From: an uncultured delta proteobacterium
GTDB taxonomy: Bacteria; Myxococcota_A; Polyangia; Fen-1088
Reading direction: 5' to 3'
Length of the DNA: 64,000 nt
NCBI GenBank assembly: GCA_963796685.1
Contig: CAWCMR010000001.1
Location: 64,001-128,000, forward strand
Under the pieces are notes generated by a model. It saw only the letters and a program-made list of their open reading frames with translations, was not told where the DNA came from and did not search any database. Shown one piece after another: positions 37,561 to 48,330 of this stretch. Positions within the stretch are counted from its first letter, which is position 1. Each line of letters begins with the position of its first letter. Made by a program: the position numbers and the translations under genes.

Positions 37561-40500
37561 CTATTCGACGCTGCCGGGACGAGCGGTCGGATAGGGACGA
37601 TTCCCCATGATACCCCGCCAGAGGGCTCGGTTGAATCGAGGCGTGTCGAGGGCGTCCTCGCGGTCGAAGTTCTGTCCGCGCATGACCCGTTCCCAGTAGG
37701 CAGCTCCGTGGCGATGGTGCTTGGCCAACATGGCCATCGATAGTGGGTGGGCCACGGTGTTGCTGGCGGTGGCGGCCGGCACGGGCAACGACGTGGAGCG
37801 CAGGATCTCGGGGACCTTGGCCGTATACTTGAAAGTCCTCGGTGATAGCGACCTATCGAAGACCTCCGACATGGGTGTGGCCAGCGCATCGTTGAGGCCG
37901 AGGGGTTCGAGGCCCAAGACCTCCTCTATCGTCTTCACCATCGAGACCGTGTTGTACGGCACCGACACGACCGCCCCCTGCTTGACATAGGGTCCGAGCA
38001 CGAAGGCGATGCTGCGATGGGCGCTCACGTGATCGGGTCCGTCCTGGGCATCGTCCTCGACGACGAAGATGAGGGTATCGTCGCGATAGCGGCTGCCCGC
38101 CACCTTCTCGACCAACTGGCCGACCGCATAGTCGTTGTCGGCCATCTGGAGCTCGGGCGTGTTCACGCCGTCGATAGCGTCGGAGAAAGTGCCGAAATGA
38201 TCGTGGGGAAATCGCACCAGCTCGAGCGCAGGTAGATCGCCGTTCGCGGCGAACTGGTCGAACTCGCGCTCCCATTCCTTCAAGCGCCAATAGTCCGGGT
38301 ACTTGTTGTCGAAGCCGCGAAAATAGAGATCCGACGTGGTTTGCAGCGCCGCCTTGGCGGGATAGAATTGGCGCACGGCTGCAGCGTAGGGGTGACGTTC
38401 GAGCGGAATGAAGACGGGGTAGTCGAGCGGGACCGACGAGCGTGTGAGGTCGCCGAAGCAGCCGTAGTTGCGAATGGTCAGCCCCTTACGCAAGGCCGCA
38501 TCCCACAAGTACGATTCACCGGCGGCCTCGCTCTCGGCAGGATCGCCCGACGCTACGTCGGAGGTTCCCGGGAGCAAGTCGGGATCGGCGGGCGTGATGG
38601 GGTTGAGCGAAAGACGTTCGGCCAGGGTCGCCACGCCGACGTTGATGTTGCGGTTGGTTCCCTCCCAGTCGTAGTTGAGGCCGCGGCCGGCGTAATTCGG
38701 AGGCTGTGTCTTCTCCACCGAATCGGTGGTTCGTGCCGACACCGTCCAGTTCCAACCCACACCGCTGGTCTCTCCCGAGTCCTGGAAAGCGTCAAGGGTG
38801 ACGTACTGGCTGGCCAAACCGTGATGGTTGGGGGTCGTGGCCTCCGGGAACAGCGTCAGCATTGGATCGCCGTTGCCGCGCGGCAAGTCGCCCAGCACCT
38901 GGTCGTAGGTTCGATTCTCCTTGATGATGTAGATGACGTGCCTGATGTGCGAACGCAGGAATGCCATCAGGCGGCGCAGTTCGTGGTCCTCGTCGCCAGT
39001 CGGGAAGTTGTTGTTGGCAGCGACCTGCTTGGTCAGACGCCCGAGGGTGGCGCCGCTTGGAATTGGCGCCGTGAGGAAGCCGGCCTTCTCCAATTGCCAC
39101 ACGTACTCGTTCCCGTTCCAGCACGAGGTGTAGTTGGTGTTGCTGGCGACATCGACGCACCCAGGACCCGAAAGACCCTTGCCGTTCACCACGAACAACC
39201 TCCGGCTGTCGGCGCTCAAAGTCACGGATTCTGGATACCAGCCGGTGGGGATCAGCCCCACCACCTGGCTTTGCTCGGAATCGTCCCGATTGCCATCGTC
39301 GTTGCGACCATCGGATTTCTGCAGACCCCGATGCCCAAGCTGCACGACCGCGACCGCGTTGAGACCACCATTGGTGACGTAGAGCGTGCGGCCATCGGCC
39401 GACAGAGCTAGGCTGTTCGGGTTCGCGCCGGTGAGTCCACGTGGATTCGGTAGCACGGCGCTGGGCGCCGCGACTCGGAATTCGTCGACCACCCGGTCCG
39501 ATCGGGTGTCCATGACCGAGACCGTGTCGGCCCCCCCGTTGGCGACGTAGAGGAGGCCTTCATCGCTGGAAAGGAGCATCTTGTTCGGTTGCCCGCCAAC
39601 AGCAATGCGTCCGCGCACTTTGGCCTTGGCGACGTCCACGACGACCACTTCGCGGTCGCGTTGGCAGGTCACGTAGGCCTTCTTGCCCTTGACAGTTACC
39701 CAGTAGGGATACGAGCCACCCGGGTGCCCCGATTGCGACGCATCGACTTTACCCGGACGCAAGTCGATTTCCGTGGTCGCCGATGTGGCAAGATCGATGA
39801 TGCTGACCGAATCGTTTTCATAGTTCGCCACCACCACGTGCTGGCCATCGTCGTCCGTCGCCAGGCCGGCCGCAGTGGGAGGTACGGCGAGCCCCAGACC
39901 GGCGGAGTGGCCCAGGGCAATGGCCGGCATGACTTCGGCGAACGAGGGACCGGAACGCCGGAAAGTGTGTACGTTGTCGTCGACGCCACCGCTCACGTAG
40001 AACTCGCGACCGTTCGGATTCCACGCCATGCCCACGAAAGTGTTCGGGACTTGCAAGACTTGGCGCTTGGCGGGCGGCACTTGGGTGACGTCGTAGACGA
40101 AGACGTATTCGTTCGACAGCTCGGGAACGAAATTGCCGCTGCCATCCGCTGCAGTCACACCGTTGTATCCGCTGGTAAGGATGAGCAGCGTCTTCCCGTT
40201 CGGGCTTAGCGCCGTGGTGACGGCATGGTCAGCCAGTTGATTCGGCAGCGTAGGAAGGTCCGGATTTAGCCCCTGAAACACCGAGCCAGGCGTCGCATCG
40301 GGAGTAATGCGGACGCCGGTAGGCAAGAGCTGGCCCGCGGAGAGGGAGCGCGAGTCCGATGTGGACATGTTCTTGGCCGAGGCAATCGGTATCGCCGGCA
40401 ATGTGTTGGACGCGGGATCGCTGGCCGAGGCCTGATTACAAGCAACCGTCAGGAGCGAAGTTCCCAATGCAAACAGCGTGGATTCGACATGGGTACGCAT
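37561..40500 (-). CDS. YncE/YVTN beta-propeller plus phosphoesterase (alkaline phosphatase superfamily) lipoprotein
   Basis: Lipobox TVAC; propeller repeats (LYVANGGADTVSV); IIKENRTYDQVLGD, EDDAQDGPDHV..HRS. Confidence 0.9.
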   Translation of the reverse strand: MRTHVESTLFALGTSLLTVACNQASASDPASNTLPAIPIASAKNMSTSDSRSLSAGQLLPTGVRITPDATPGSVFQGLNPDLPTLPNQLADHAVTTALSPNGKTLLILTSGYNGVTAADGSGNFVPELSNEYVFVYDVTQVPPAKRQVLQVPNTFVGMAWNPNGREFYVSGGVDDNVHTFRRSGPSFAEVMPAIALGHSAGLGLAVPPTAAGLATDDDGQHVVVANYENDSVSIIDLATSATTEIDLRPGKVDASQSGHPGGSYPYWVTVKGKKAYVTCQRDREVVVVDVAKAKVRGRIAVGGQPNKMLLSSDEGLLYVANGGADTVSVMDTRSDRVVDEFRVAAPSAVLPNPRGLTGANPNSLALSADGRTLYVTNGGLNAVAVVQLGHRGLQKSDGRNDDGNRDDSEQSQVVGLIPTGWYPESVTLSADSRRLFVVNGKGLSGPGCVDVASNTNYTSCWNGNEYVWQLEKAGFLTAPIPSGATLGRLTKQVAANNNFPTGDEDHELRRLMAFLRSHIRHVIYIIKENRTYDQVLGDLPRGNGDPMLTLFPEATTPNHHGLASQYVTLDAFQDSGETSGVGWNWTVSARTTDSVEKTQPPNYAGRGLNYDWEGTNRNINVGVATLAERLSLNPITPADPDLLPGTSDVASGDPAESEAAGESYLWDAALRKGLTIRNYGCFGDLTRSSVPLDYPVFIPLERHPYAAAVRQFYPAKAALQTTSDLYFRGFDNKYPDYWRLKEWEREFDQFAANGDLPALELVRFPHDHFGTFSDAIDGVNTPELQMADNDYAVGQLVEKVAGSRYRDDTLIFVVEDDAQDGPDHVSAHRSIAFVLGPYVKQGAVVSVPYNTVSMVKTIEEVLGLEPLGLNDALATPMSEVFDRSLSPRTFKYTAKVPEILRSTSLPVPAATASNTVAHPLSMAMLAKHHRHGAAYWERVMRGQNFDREDALDTPRFNRALWRGIMGNRPYPTARPGSVE

Positions 40501-40546
40501 GGCTTTCCTCATTGAAGCTTTCAGGTTCACGTATTCCAAACAACAC

Positions 40547-41359
40547 TCAGAAGCCGGCCGCGAAGCCACCCAGAACCAGGACGCCCGTGTGCAGTCGGTC
40601 GACCTTTTGCCCACTGATTCCCGCTTCGCTCACGAGCGAGAAACCGCCCATCGAGTAGGCGAGCAGCGGACCTGCATTGAATTCGAAGATTGGATTCGAG
40701 TGCTCCGCCCGATGTGGATCGCTGGAGCCAAGAGAAGTCCGGACTCGGCTATCAAGCCCGACGTGCAGTCGCGTGCCGAAGTCGCGCAATCCGACCAAGC
40801 GAAGCTCGCCCTCTCGGTCATCGCCCTCGCCATCCTGCGCGTAGACGAGATTCGCAAGCGCCAGCGTGGCCCCAAAACGCCGGCTGAGCAGGGCCGACCA
40901 CTCCAGCATCCCTTCCTCGTTGGCGAAGCGATCTTGGCGATAGAGGAATCCCGCGGCCGCATTCACGCCAAAGCGTTTCTGATCGAGCAACATCACGCGA
41001 ACGCCCCCTTGGGCCCGCAACCGAACTTCTCCAGGTTGGGTGGTGGAGCCGAAGCCGGCCATGAGGCCCAGCCGCGGCACGACCCAGGCTTCGGCGGTCG
41101 CGCTGGCGACGGGATTTTTCGTGGCACCGTCGTATCCAGCCCATCCTGCCCCCACGGCCGTGGTCGTCGAATCCATTTCGGCGTCGAGTGCGCCGGGCAA
41201 GAAATGAGCAGGCCGAGCCTGCATCTCGCTGGTCACGTTCTCTCGTGACAGTTCAAGCTCCTGTTCCGCCTTCGCCGGTGTTCCCCAAAGAACCAGCGAA
41301 CCGGCGGCGAAGGAATATAGACAAATACGGCGTGCGAAAAGTCGTGGAATTGCGCGCAT
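40547..41359 (-). CDS. Exported hypothetical protein, probable outer-membrane beta-barrel
   Basis: Signal peptide ending AKA; amphipathic beta strands; C-terminal Phe. Confidence 0.6.
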   Translation of the reverse strand: MRAIPRLFARRICLYSFAAGSLVLWGTPAKAEQELELSRENVTSEMQARPAHFLPGALDAEMDSTTTAVGAGWAGYDGATKNPVASATAEAWVVPRLGLMAGFGSTTQPGEVRLRAQGGVRVMLLDQKRFGVNAAAGFLYRQDRFANEEGMLEWSALLSRRFGATLALANLVYAQDGEGDDREGELRLVGLRDFGTRLHVGLDSRVRTSLGSSDPHRAEHSNPIFEFNAGPLLAYSMGGFSLVSEAGISGQKVDRLHTGVLVLGGFAAGF

Positions 41360-41589
41360 TGTATCTCCCTTTCCGGGCAAAAGCGCCCCGAGATCTCACT
41401 GACCCGCAATGCTATGGATCAGATGCTGGCAGCGACCATGACAACTGACCGAACCTTTCGTGACGACTTCGAGTACACCGCTGACGCGTGCGCTTGGCAG
41501 TCAGCGGTGGCGAATCCCAGTCCGTCAATCCTTTCCGGGACGCGGTCCGGCCACGCCGGCCTCGGAAAGGCGGCCGTGCGTGGAAACGC

Positions 41590-42507
41590 TTAGCCATAAA
41601 TATTCGGCACGTACAGTTGTTCGGGCAGGGTTCGACGTTCGTAGTTCGGGTTGAAGACGCGCTCGGGGAGTGCAATCGGTTCGTGGGGAACCTCGGTATA
41701 GGGAATCTGCTTGAGCAGGTGATCGATGCAATTGAGCCGGGCTCGTCGCTTGTCGTTCCCTTCGACGATGTACCAACGCGCCTCAGGGGTGTGGGTGCGA
41801 TCGAGCATCTCTTGCTTGGCTTGCGTGTAGGCTTCCCAGCGAACACGCGACTCGAGATCCATCGGACTGAGCTTCCACTGCTTCATCGGATCGTGAATAC
41901 GCATGAGAAAGCGCAGCTGCTGTTCTTCGTCCGATATGGAGAACCAGTACTTCAGAAGTACGATGCCAGAGCGCACGAGCATTCTCTCGAACTCAGGTAC
42001 GTCCATGAAGAACTGCTCGACCTGATCCGTCGTCGCAAACCCCATCACGCGCTCGACTCCCACACGATTGTACCAAGAGCGGTCGAACAGGACGATCTCG
42101 CCCGCCGCCGGTAGGTGCGCGACGTAACGCTGAAAGTACCATTGCGTCTGTTCCCGGAGGGAGGGTGCGGGCAACGCAACCACGCGACAGACGCGCGGGT
42201 TCAAACGCTGGGTGATGCGTTTGATCGCACCTCCCTTTCCCGCCGCATCCCGGCCCTCGAACAACACCACGATTTTGGCGCCACAATGCGCGACCCAAGT
42301 CTGTAGCTTGATCAGCTCGGACTGCAACCTCAAGAGGTGGCGCAGGTACTCCTTGCTCGCGAGGGCTTCAGGATGCTTCTTGTGGTAGATCCGGCCGATT
42401 TCGGTGTAAAGCGAAGAATCGGAGATCTCGAGCTCATATTCCTCTGCCAGGTTATCCTCAATCTCGGCCTCAAGCCAGTCCTTGGCCCCGTCTTCGATCG
42501 ACTCCAT
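41590..42507 (-). CDS. ppk2: Polyphosphate kinase 2
   Basis: FEGRDAAGKGG, FDRSWYNR, KQWKLSPMD, DKRRARLNCI. Confidence 0.96.
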   Translation of the reverse strand: MESIEDGAKDWLEAEIEDNLAEEYELEISDSSLYTEIGRIYHKKHPEALASKEYLRHLLRLQSELIKLQTWVAHCGAKIVVLFEGRDAAGKGGAIKRITQRLNPRVCRVVALPAPSLREQTQWYFQRYVAHLPAAGEIVLFDRSWYNRVGVERVMGFATTDQVEQFFMDVPEFERMLVRSGIVLLKYWFSISDEEQQLRFLMRIHDPMKQWKLSPMDLESRVRWEAYTQAKQEMLDRTHTPEARWYIVEGNDKRRARLNCIDHLLKQIPYTEVPHEPIALPERVFNPNYERRTLPEQLYVPNIYG

Positions 42508-42747
42508 GGTCCGCGCTCCCTTCTTCGGTGGTTCGGATAGCGAACGTAGGTGGGAGATCGGAGCAGTCAAGTGACAGGCCGGTGACAGATGCCGTCCTGT
42601 CCCGAGAATGGATCGGTACCAATCGCTGTGATATCGAGCGGCTGCCCGCCGCGCAGAACCAGTGATGAGAAGCCGACGCGTTTGATTTTGGCACACCCAT
42701 GAGTCTCACCGACGCAGAGCGCAGACGACTAGCCGGAACTCGCAAGC

Positions 42748-44094
42748 CTACCCACTGACTGGGACTGCTACACGGCCGCCGCGACCGCGAATGCGCGGAC
42801 CCTTCGGACCAGTAAAGCCTTCGTAGTTCCTTGTGATGAGGTGTGACTCGATCTGCTGAACGGTGTCGAGCGCGACGCCAACGACGATCATCAAGCCCGT
42901 GCCGCCGAAGCGGAAGGGAACGCCAAGGTTGTCGGAGAGCAGGTTGGGAAGAACGCAGATGACCGACACGTAGAGCGCGCCACCTGCGGTGATTCTGCTG
43001 AGTCCCTTGTCGATGTAGGAAGCGGTGGCCTTGCCCGAGCGAATGCCAGGGATGAAGCCGCCGTACTTGCGCATATTGTCGGCGACGTCGACGGGATTGA
43101 ACGTCACCGCCGTATAGAAGTAGCAGAAGAAGACGATGAGCGCGATGTAAAGGACGTTGTAGCGCCAATCGCCTGGATGAAGTGCGTCGGAGATCACCCG
43201 CGCGTAGGAGTTGCTCAGGAACGAAGCGATCTGCTGTGGGAACATCAAGATCGACGAGGCGAAGATGGGGGGGATGACGCCAGCCGTGTTCACCTTGAGC
43301 GGCAGGTGCGTCGACTGACCGCCGAACATTTTGCGCCCAACAACGCGCTTTGCGTATTGCACCGGGATGCGGCGCTGGCCGCGCTCGAAGAAGATGATCG
43401 TGGCAATGACGGCCACCACGATAAGCCCCATCAAGGCGAGCGAGAACGCCGTGATGTTGCCCTCGCGAGCGCGCGTGGCGAGGCGAACGAGAGCGCTTGG
43501 GATGTCGGTGACGATGCCGGCGAAGATGATGAGCGAAATGCCATTCCCGACGCCACGCTCGGTGATCTGCTCGCCCAACCACATGATGAACGCAGTTCCC
43601 GTGGTCAGCGAGATCATGGTGAGGAGATAGAAAGTCCATCCCGGATCGGGAACCACCTCTCCCAGGTGGCCGTAGGTCGAGTTGTTGGAAATCAACCAAC
43701 GCGCGATGAAGTACGATTGAATGAGCGACAGAATTACGCAGCCGTAGCGCGTGTACTGGTTGATCCGCCGCCGCCCAGCCTCGCCTTCCTTTTGAATCTG
43801 TTCCAGCTTGGGAATGACCACGGTCAGGAGCTGGATGATGATCGACGAGCTGATGTATGGCATGATGCCGAGCGCGAAGATTGACATCTTCTCGAGCGCG
43901 CCGCCCGAGAACATGTTGAACAGGCCCAGGAAGGTCCCGCTCGACTGACTGACGATCTTGCTCATCACCGCGGCATTGACGCCTGGAGTGGTCACGAACA
44001 CGCCGATGCGATAGACCGCCAGAAGCGCCAGCGTATAGAGTAACCGCCGGCGCAATTCCGGGATCTTGGTCATAGTTTGGAAGCCAGAGGCCAT
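42748..44094 (-). CDS. secY: Preprotein translocase subunit SecY (outside the spc operon)
   Basis: [58 protein letters not shown]; RBS AGGAGG. Confidence 0.97.
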   Translation of the reverse strand: MASGFQTMTKIPELRRRLLYTLALLAVYRIGVFVTTPGVNAAVMSKIVSQSSGTFLGLFNMFSGGALEKMSIFALGIMPYISSSIIIQLLTVVIPKLEQIQKEGEAGRRRINQYTRYGCVILSLIQSYFIARWLISNNSTYGHLGEVVPDPGWTFYLLTMISLTTGTAFIMWLGEQITERGVGNGISLIIFAGIVTDIPSALVRLATRAREGNITAFSLALMGLIVVAVIATIIFFERGQRRIPVQYAKRVVGRKMFGGQSTHLPLKVNTAGVIPPIFASSILMFPQQIASFLSNSYARVISDALHPGDWRYNVLYIALIVFFCYFYTAVTFNPVDVADNMRKYGGFIPGIRSGKATASYIDKGLSRITAGGALYVSVICVLPNLLSDNLGVPFRFGGTGLMIVVGVALDTVQQIESHLITRNYEGFTGPKGPRIRGRGGRVAVPVSG

Positions 44095-44384
44095 CTAGTC
44101 CCTCCTGCCCTTGTGTGGCTTTGCAGGCTCCTCAGTTACGCTGGAGCGGATGCTGCCATTGAAACAAAAGCGCGACAACATGCAGGACCGTGCGCCGCGG
44201 CGGGATGCCCAGCGCACGCTTTCTGGCGTGCTGCGAGCGTGGCTAGCCAGTCGGAAGCTCGGCGCGGGCCGCCCCTTTTCTCGCTCTCTTCCTTGAAAGG
44301 CATCCCGGCAAGCGCCTCGGCATTGGCGAGCGAAAAGGTTTCGCGGCTGCCCGGATGTGGAGCTCGGCCCCGGTCGCCCCGTGG

Positions 44385-44576
44385 AAAGGTCGCCGTGTCC
44401 ACGCCAAGCCCAACCCACCGCCCAGGCCCGATGCCCCGCGATTCCAGGGCATGACGCATGGTCTGCGAAGCAACCAGCGTGCTGTGGTAGCCTCGGTGGC
44501 GTGCCTTGTTGCGGTAGTAGGTTTTGATCCCGCCGCAGGTATCGGAGAAGAAGCTGGTAACGTCGACCAAGCGCAT
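44385..44576 (-). pseudogene. GT4 glycosyltransferase remnant (internally deleted)
   Basis: MRLVDVTSFFSDTCGGIKTYY fused to TLVASQTMRHALESRG...VGLGVDTATF; rest of GT-B fold missing. Confidence 0.65.
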
Positions 44577-44578
44577 CG

Positions 44579-46993
44579 TCACCCAGGACTTCCCACCCCT
44601 CCTTTGAATCGAAGCTGGTCGAGAAGCGAGGTGTACGCCGCAAAGGTTCCTTCCAGAGCCGATTCCATCGTGTAGCGCCGAGCGAAAGCGTGGGCCGCCC
44701 TTCCCATTCGCTGGCGCAGCTCGGGCTGTTCGAGCAGGTGCTGCAAGGCAGCCGCAAGCTCTTCCGGTCGGTCGGCATCCACGAGAATTCCGGTCTCGCC
44801 CGGAATGACGTTTTCGCACGCTGCCCCTCGGTTAGCGACCACGACGGGAATGCCCGCGGCCTGCGCCTCGACAACGGTATTGCCTAATGTCTCGGTCTCG
44901 CTCGGGCACACGAACACGTCTGCAGAAGCGTAGAGCTTCGCCAGCTTTCCGCCTGTTTGTTCGCCGGTGAAAATGATGCGCGGATCGCCACCGGCCTGAC
45001 GCCGCAGGTGATGAGCATGCGGCCCGTCACCGACCAGCAGAAGGCGCGCACCGGGTAGCTTCTCGGCCGTCTGGCGGAATCCGGTGACCAGCGCGTCCAA
45101 GCCCTTTTCCCGTGACAAACGACCGACGTAGAGCACCTTCGGCTCGCCATTGAGACCGAACTCGGCGAAGGCCTCGGGCTCGCGCTTGTCGGGTCGGAAA
45201 AGCGAATGGTCGATGCCGCGGGGAATGAGCCGAATCTTGTCCTCGGCAACGCCCAGCGCCAACAAGCGCTCGACCACGGCGCGTGAGGGTGCGAGCACCT
45301 GGTCGAGCTTGCCGTAGAACCACCCCACGAAGCTTGAGGCCATGGTGGCCATGAATCGATCGCGCGTAAGGCGTTCCACGTACTCGGGCAGATCGGTGTA
45401 GTATTGGCCGATCACGGGAATGCCCGCCATGCGCGCGACCGCAAGACCCACCAGTCCCATGGGTCCTGGAGTCGAACACTGAACCAAGTCGATGCGTTCG
45501 GTAACAAGGTAGTGCATCAGCGACGTCAGGCTGGGAACGCCGAACGCAATGGACTCGTAGTCCTTGAGCCTGTGCCATAAGACGCAGGGAATGCGCACAA
45601 CGCCTTCGTCGTCGGCGACGGTCTGTTCGCCATCGCCCAAGCCGACCAAGCGCAGGTCGCGACCTTCCAGCTTGGCCTGCGCGATCAATCGGCGCAGCCC
45701 CAGCGAAACACCATGCACGTCGTCGAGCGTATCGCAAAGGATGGCAACGCGTGGCAAGGACGGCTCTGGCAAGGAAGCGTCTAGCTGGCGGCAGAAGCCA
45801 CGGGCATTTCCCGTGTCACGGCGGAAGATGGCAACGCTCGACAGGTAGGGGATTGAAAGGGCAAGAGCCTTGGCCAGATCCGGTAGCGCATCCGTGGCGG
45901 CTGCCAGTTGCCCGCCGGCTACGGCTTCCGCCAGGGTCTTGAGCGCATCACGATTGGCTCGCACCAGAATGCGGTCGATGATTTGGTGGAGTGCTTCGTG
46001 CGTAGAGTCTTCGTGACCCTTCAGGATGGCGTCTTCGAAATCGAATTGTCGGTCAGCCTCGTCGAGATAGCTCGCGTAGCGGGTGATGGTCTGGCCCAGC
46101 GACGACGAGGACCCTTCGCCCAAACCCAACGACAGCTGTCCGGAATGGAGGAGCACGCCCGCCACCACACCGTAGACGTTGTGACAAAGCAAATCGGGAG
46201 TGGCGGTCAAACCGCCGGCGTCGGTGGCGTAGTTCCGGATGGCCTCGCGCAAGCCAGCAACCGTGGCCGGCCCTCGAAACACGGTATGGGCGCGCGCGAT
46301 GGAGAGGCCGGCATGGTCGTCCGATCCGCCAAACCAAGCGTAACGTCCATCCTGGTTCAGAAACGGGACCTGCGGATAAAGGTTCGCCCACCTGGCCAGT
46401 CGTTCGACAGACAATCCCGCCACCACGTTGCGCAGCCCCTGTTCGTGCGCTGCATCGCGAGCGCCGTTACGTAGCTCGAGACCGCGGTACATGAGCAGAC
46501 AACGTTGGATGTGACTGCGATCGAGGCGCAGGTTCACCGGGGAAAGCAAATGGCAGGCGAAGAAGGGGATGCCATGCTCGTCGAGGTACTCGACAAGCTC
46601 ATAGATATTCCGGCGCAACCGTTGGATCTCCACATGCTGGGCCTCGGAGATGTCGAGCACCAGCGTGTGGACGATGCAACCGTCCTCCGGGAAGGCAGCC
46701 GACACTTCTTCGCTGATGAAGGTGTCGTCAGGGTGCGACGCCCGCAGCTCGATCACCGCCTCGATCGTGTCGTGGTCGGAGATGGTAACGAGATCCATGC
46801 CTCGCTGTTTGCACAGCTCATAGAGTTGGTCCGGCTGGGTGTAGCTCTCGGACGCACCCACAGAATCCATGAGCCAATTGTTCGGAGCACGCGAGGCGTA
46901 GGAATGGACATGGGTATCCACGCGTACTTCGTTGTCTTTGATGGACTTGTCTATAACGTGGTTCACAACGTGGCGTAGAGTACTCCGCGCCAT
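44579..46993 (-). CDS. PHP-domain plus GT4 glycosyltransferase fusion
   Basis: DTHVHS, TISDHDT, GGSDDH PHP motifs; RGID, YVGRLSREKG, LYASADVF..PSETETLGN..EAQAAG GT4 motifs. Confidence 0.9.
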   Translation of the reverse strand: MARSTLRHVVNHVIDKSIKDNEVRVDTHVHSYASRAPNNWLMDSVGASESYTQPDQLYELCKQRGMDLVTISDHDTIEAVIELRASHPDDTFISEEVSAAFPEDGCIVHTLVLDISEAQHVEIQRLRRNIYELVEYLDEHGIPFFACHLLSPVNLRLDRSHIQRCLLMYRGLELRNGARDAAHEQGLRNVVAGLSVERLARWANLYPQVPFLNQDGRYAWFGGSDDHAGLSIARAHTVFRGPATVAGLREAIRNYATDAGGLTATPDLLCHNVYGVVAGVLLHSGQLSLGLGEGSSSSLGQTITRYASYLDEADRQFDFEDAILKGHEDSTHEALHQIIDRILVRANRDALKTLAEAVAGGQLAAATDALPDLAKALALSIPYLSSVAIFRRDTGNARGFCRQLDASLPEPSLPRVAILCDTLDDVHGVSLGLRRLIAQAKLEGRDLRLVGLGDGEQTVADDEGVVRIPCVLWHRLKDYESIAFGVPSLTSLMHYLVTERIDLVQCSTPGPMGLVGLAVARMAGIPVIGQYYTDLPEYVERLTRDRFMATMASSFVGWFYGKLDQVLAPSRAVVERLLALGVAEDKIRLIPRGIDHSLFRPDKREPEAFAEFGLNGEPKVLYVGRLSREKGLDALVTGFRQTAEKLPGARLLLVGDGPHAHHLRRQAGGDPRIIFTGEQTGGKLAKLYASADVFVCPSETETLGNTVVEAQAAGIPVVVANRGAACENVIPGETGILVDADRPEELAAALQHLLEQPELRQRMGRAAHAFARRYTMESALEGTFAAYTSLLDQLRFKGGVGSPG

Positions 46994-47113
46994 GTGTAGA
47001 TTGAGTTTAGAATCTGCAACGATTGCGTGCAGACGGGGTGACGGAATTGAGGCAGCAGCGAATCCGAAACATTTCTCGTGACAAGATGTTGCACAATTGA
47101 AGGAGTCATCACT

Positions 47114-48208
47114 TCACAGACGAGATTCGGTGGCGATTGCACGGCTGTTGCAGTCGGATGTGGGAAGCTCAAGAACACTCCGGCGCGCGGCTGGTGTCGA
47201 GCTGCGTGTGCGCAGCCTCCGCGCAATGACGCCGGAAGCGTAACCCGACAGCAGACCCATGACGATATCGGGTACCCAATGGTGGCGCAGGTAGACAGTA
47301 GCAAGACATTGCGATACCGCGATGGGGGCAAAGATGGTGAAGAACAGCCGGGGCCTCCTCGGAAATGCCAGGTTGCCGAAACGTCGTGCGTATCCGAACG
47401 TGAAGACCGCCAGCGAACAGTGCAGCGAGGGAAATGACGACCGCGCACGTACAGGATCCGCCAAATCGAACAGGCGCTGTTGGATCTCGTAGATGCCCAG
47501 GAACGAGTGCAACCGTGGTGGTGTGAACGCACTCTGCAGAGGCGCGAAGAAGCGCGGCGGCCCGGCCGGGAGACACAGGCAGACGAAGAATCCCACTCCG
47601 AGTTGGAGGATGAGGGCCGAAGACATCTCTCGGAAGTCTTCTCGACGTCCGTGCCAAGCCAGGATGCCCGCAAGGGCCAAAGGCGCAACGAGGTAAAGGC
47701 TGTAGGTCAACGCCATCCAATCGGTTAGCAGGGGATGAAACAGGTGTCCCACCCAGACCGTCGGCTCCACCCCCAACCAGTCCATATCCAATCGGTAAAG
47801 GGCGCCTTCGACACTGCTCTTGCGCACGACCGCAGTATAGGTCTCGAGGGATTGAAACGCCCAGATGAGGATCATCACAGGTGCCCAGTCGCGAGCAGTT
47901 GCGCCGGCACGGGTCCAAAGTAGGCGGCTTGCGTCAGCACGGGTCGTCAGGGCCGCAGGAAGGTGGCGCAACATCGAGAGCAATACGAGGCCCGCCATGA
48001 CGCCACAACAGACGATGGCAGGTCCTCGGGCCCATTGAAAGGCACCGCCGCTAGCCCATACCAGGGTCGCGAGCGCCATGATCACGAAAATGGCCAGCGC
48101 CATGTCTGCGTCGAATATTGCCCAGCGAAAGACCGAAGGAGGATCTACCGGTTCCGAGAAGGTTCCGATCATGTCAAGGTCCCTGTTCTCGCCGTCCGAC
48201 GGCGCCAT
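47114..48208 (-). CDS. PAP2-superfamily membrane phosphotransferase (PAP2_3, Aur1/Ipt1-like)
   Basis: LPAGPPRF, SSFPSLHC, ATVYLRHHWVPD motifs; multiple TM helices. Confidence 0.85.
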   Translation of the reverse strand: MAPSDGENRDLDMIGTFSEPVDPPSVFRWAIFDADMALAIFVIMALATLVWASGGAFQWARGPAIVCCGVMAGLVLLSMLRHLPAALTTRADASRLLWTRAGATARDWAPVMILIWAFQSLETYTAVVRKSSVEGALYRLDMDWLGVEPTVWVGHLFHPLLTDWMALTYSLYLVAPLALAGILAWHGRREDFREMSSALILQLGVGFFVCLCLPAGPPRFFAPLQSAFTPPRLHSFLGIYEIQQRLFDLADPVRARSSFPSLHCSLAVFTFGYARRFGNLAFPRRPRLFFTIFAPIAVSQCLATVYLRHHWVPDIVMGLLSGYASGVIARRLRTRSSTPAARRSVLELPTSDCNSRAIATESRL

Positions 48209-48330
48209 TGCGAGCCAAGATAGCTTGGAAGCCAAGACGACGCCCCCTGTGTGTGCGCAATTTGGCACATTCGACACACAATGGTTGCAACAGTGGCAAT
48301 GACAGGGTTGGAATCTCGCGCCTTCGGCGG

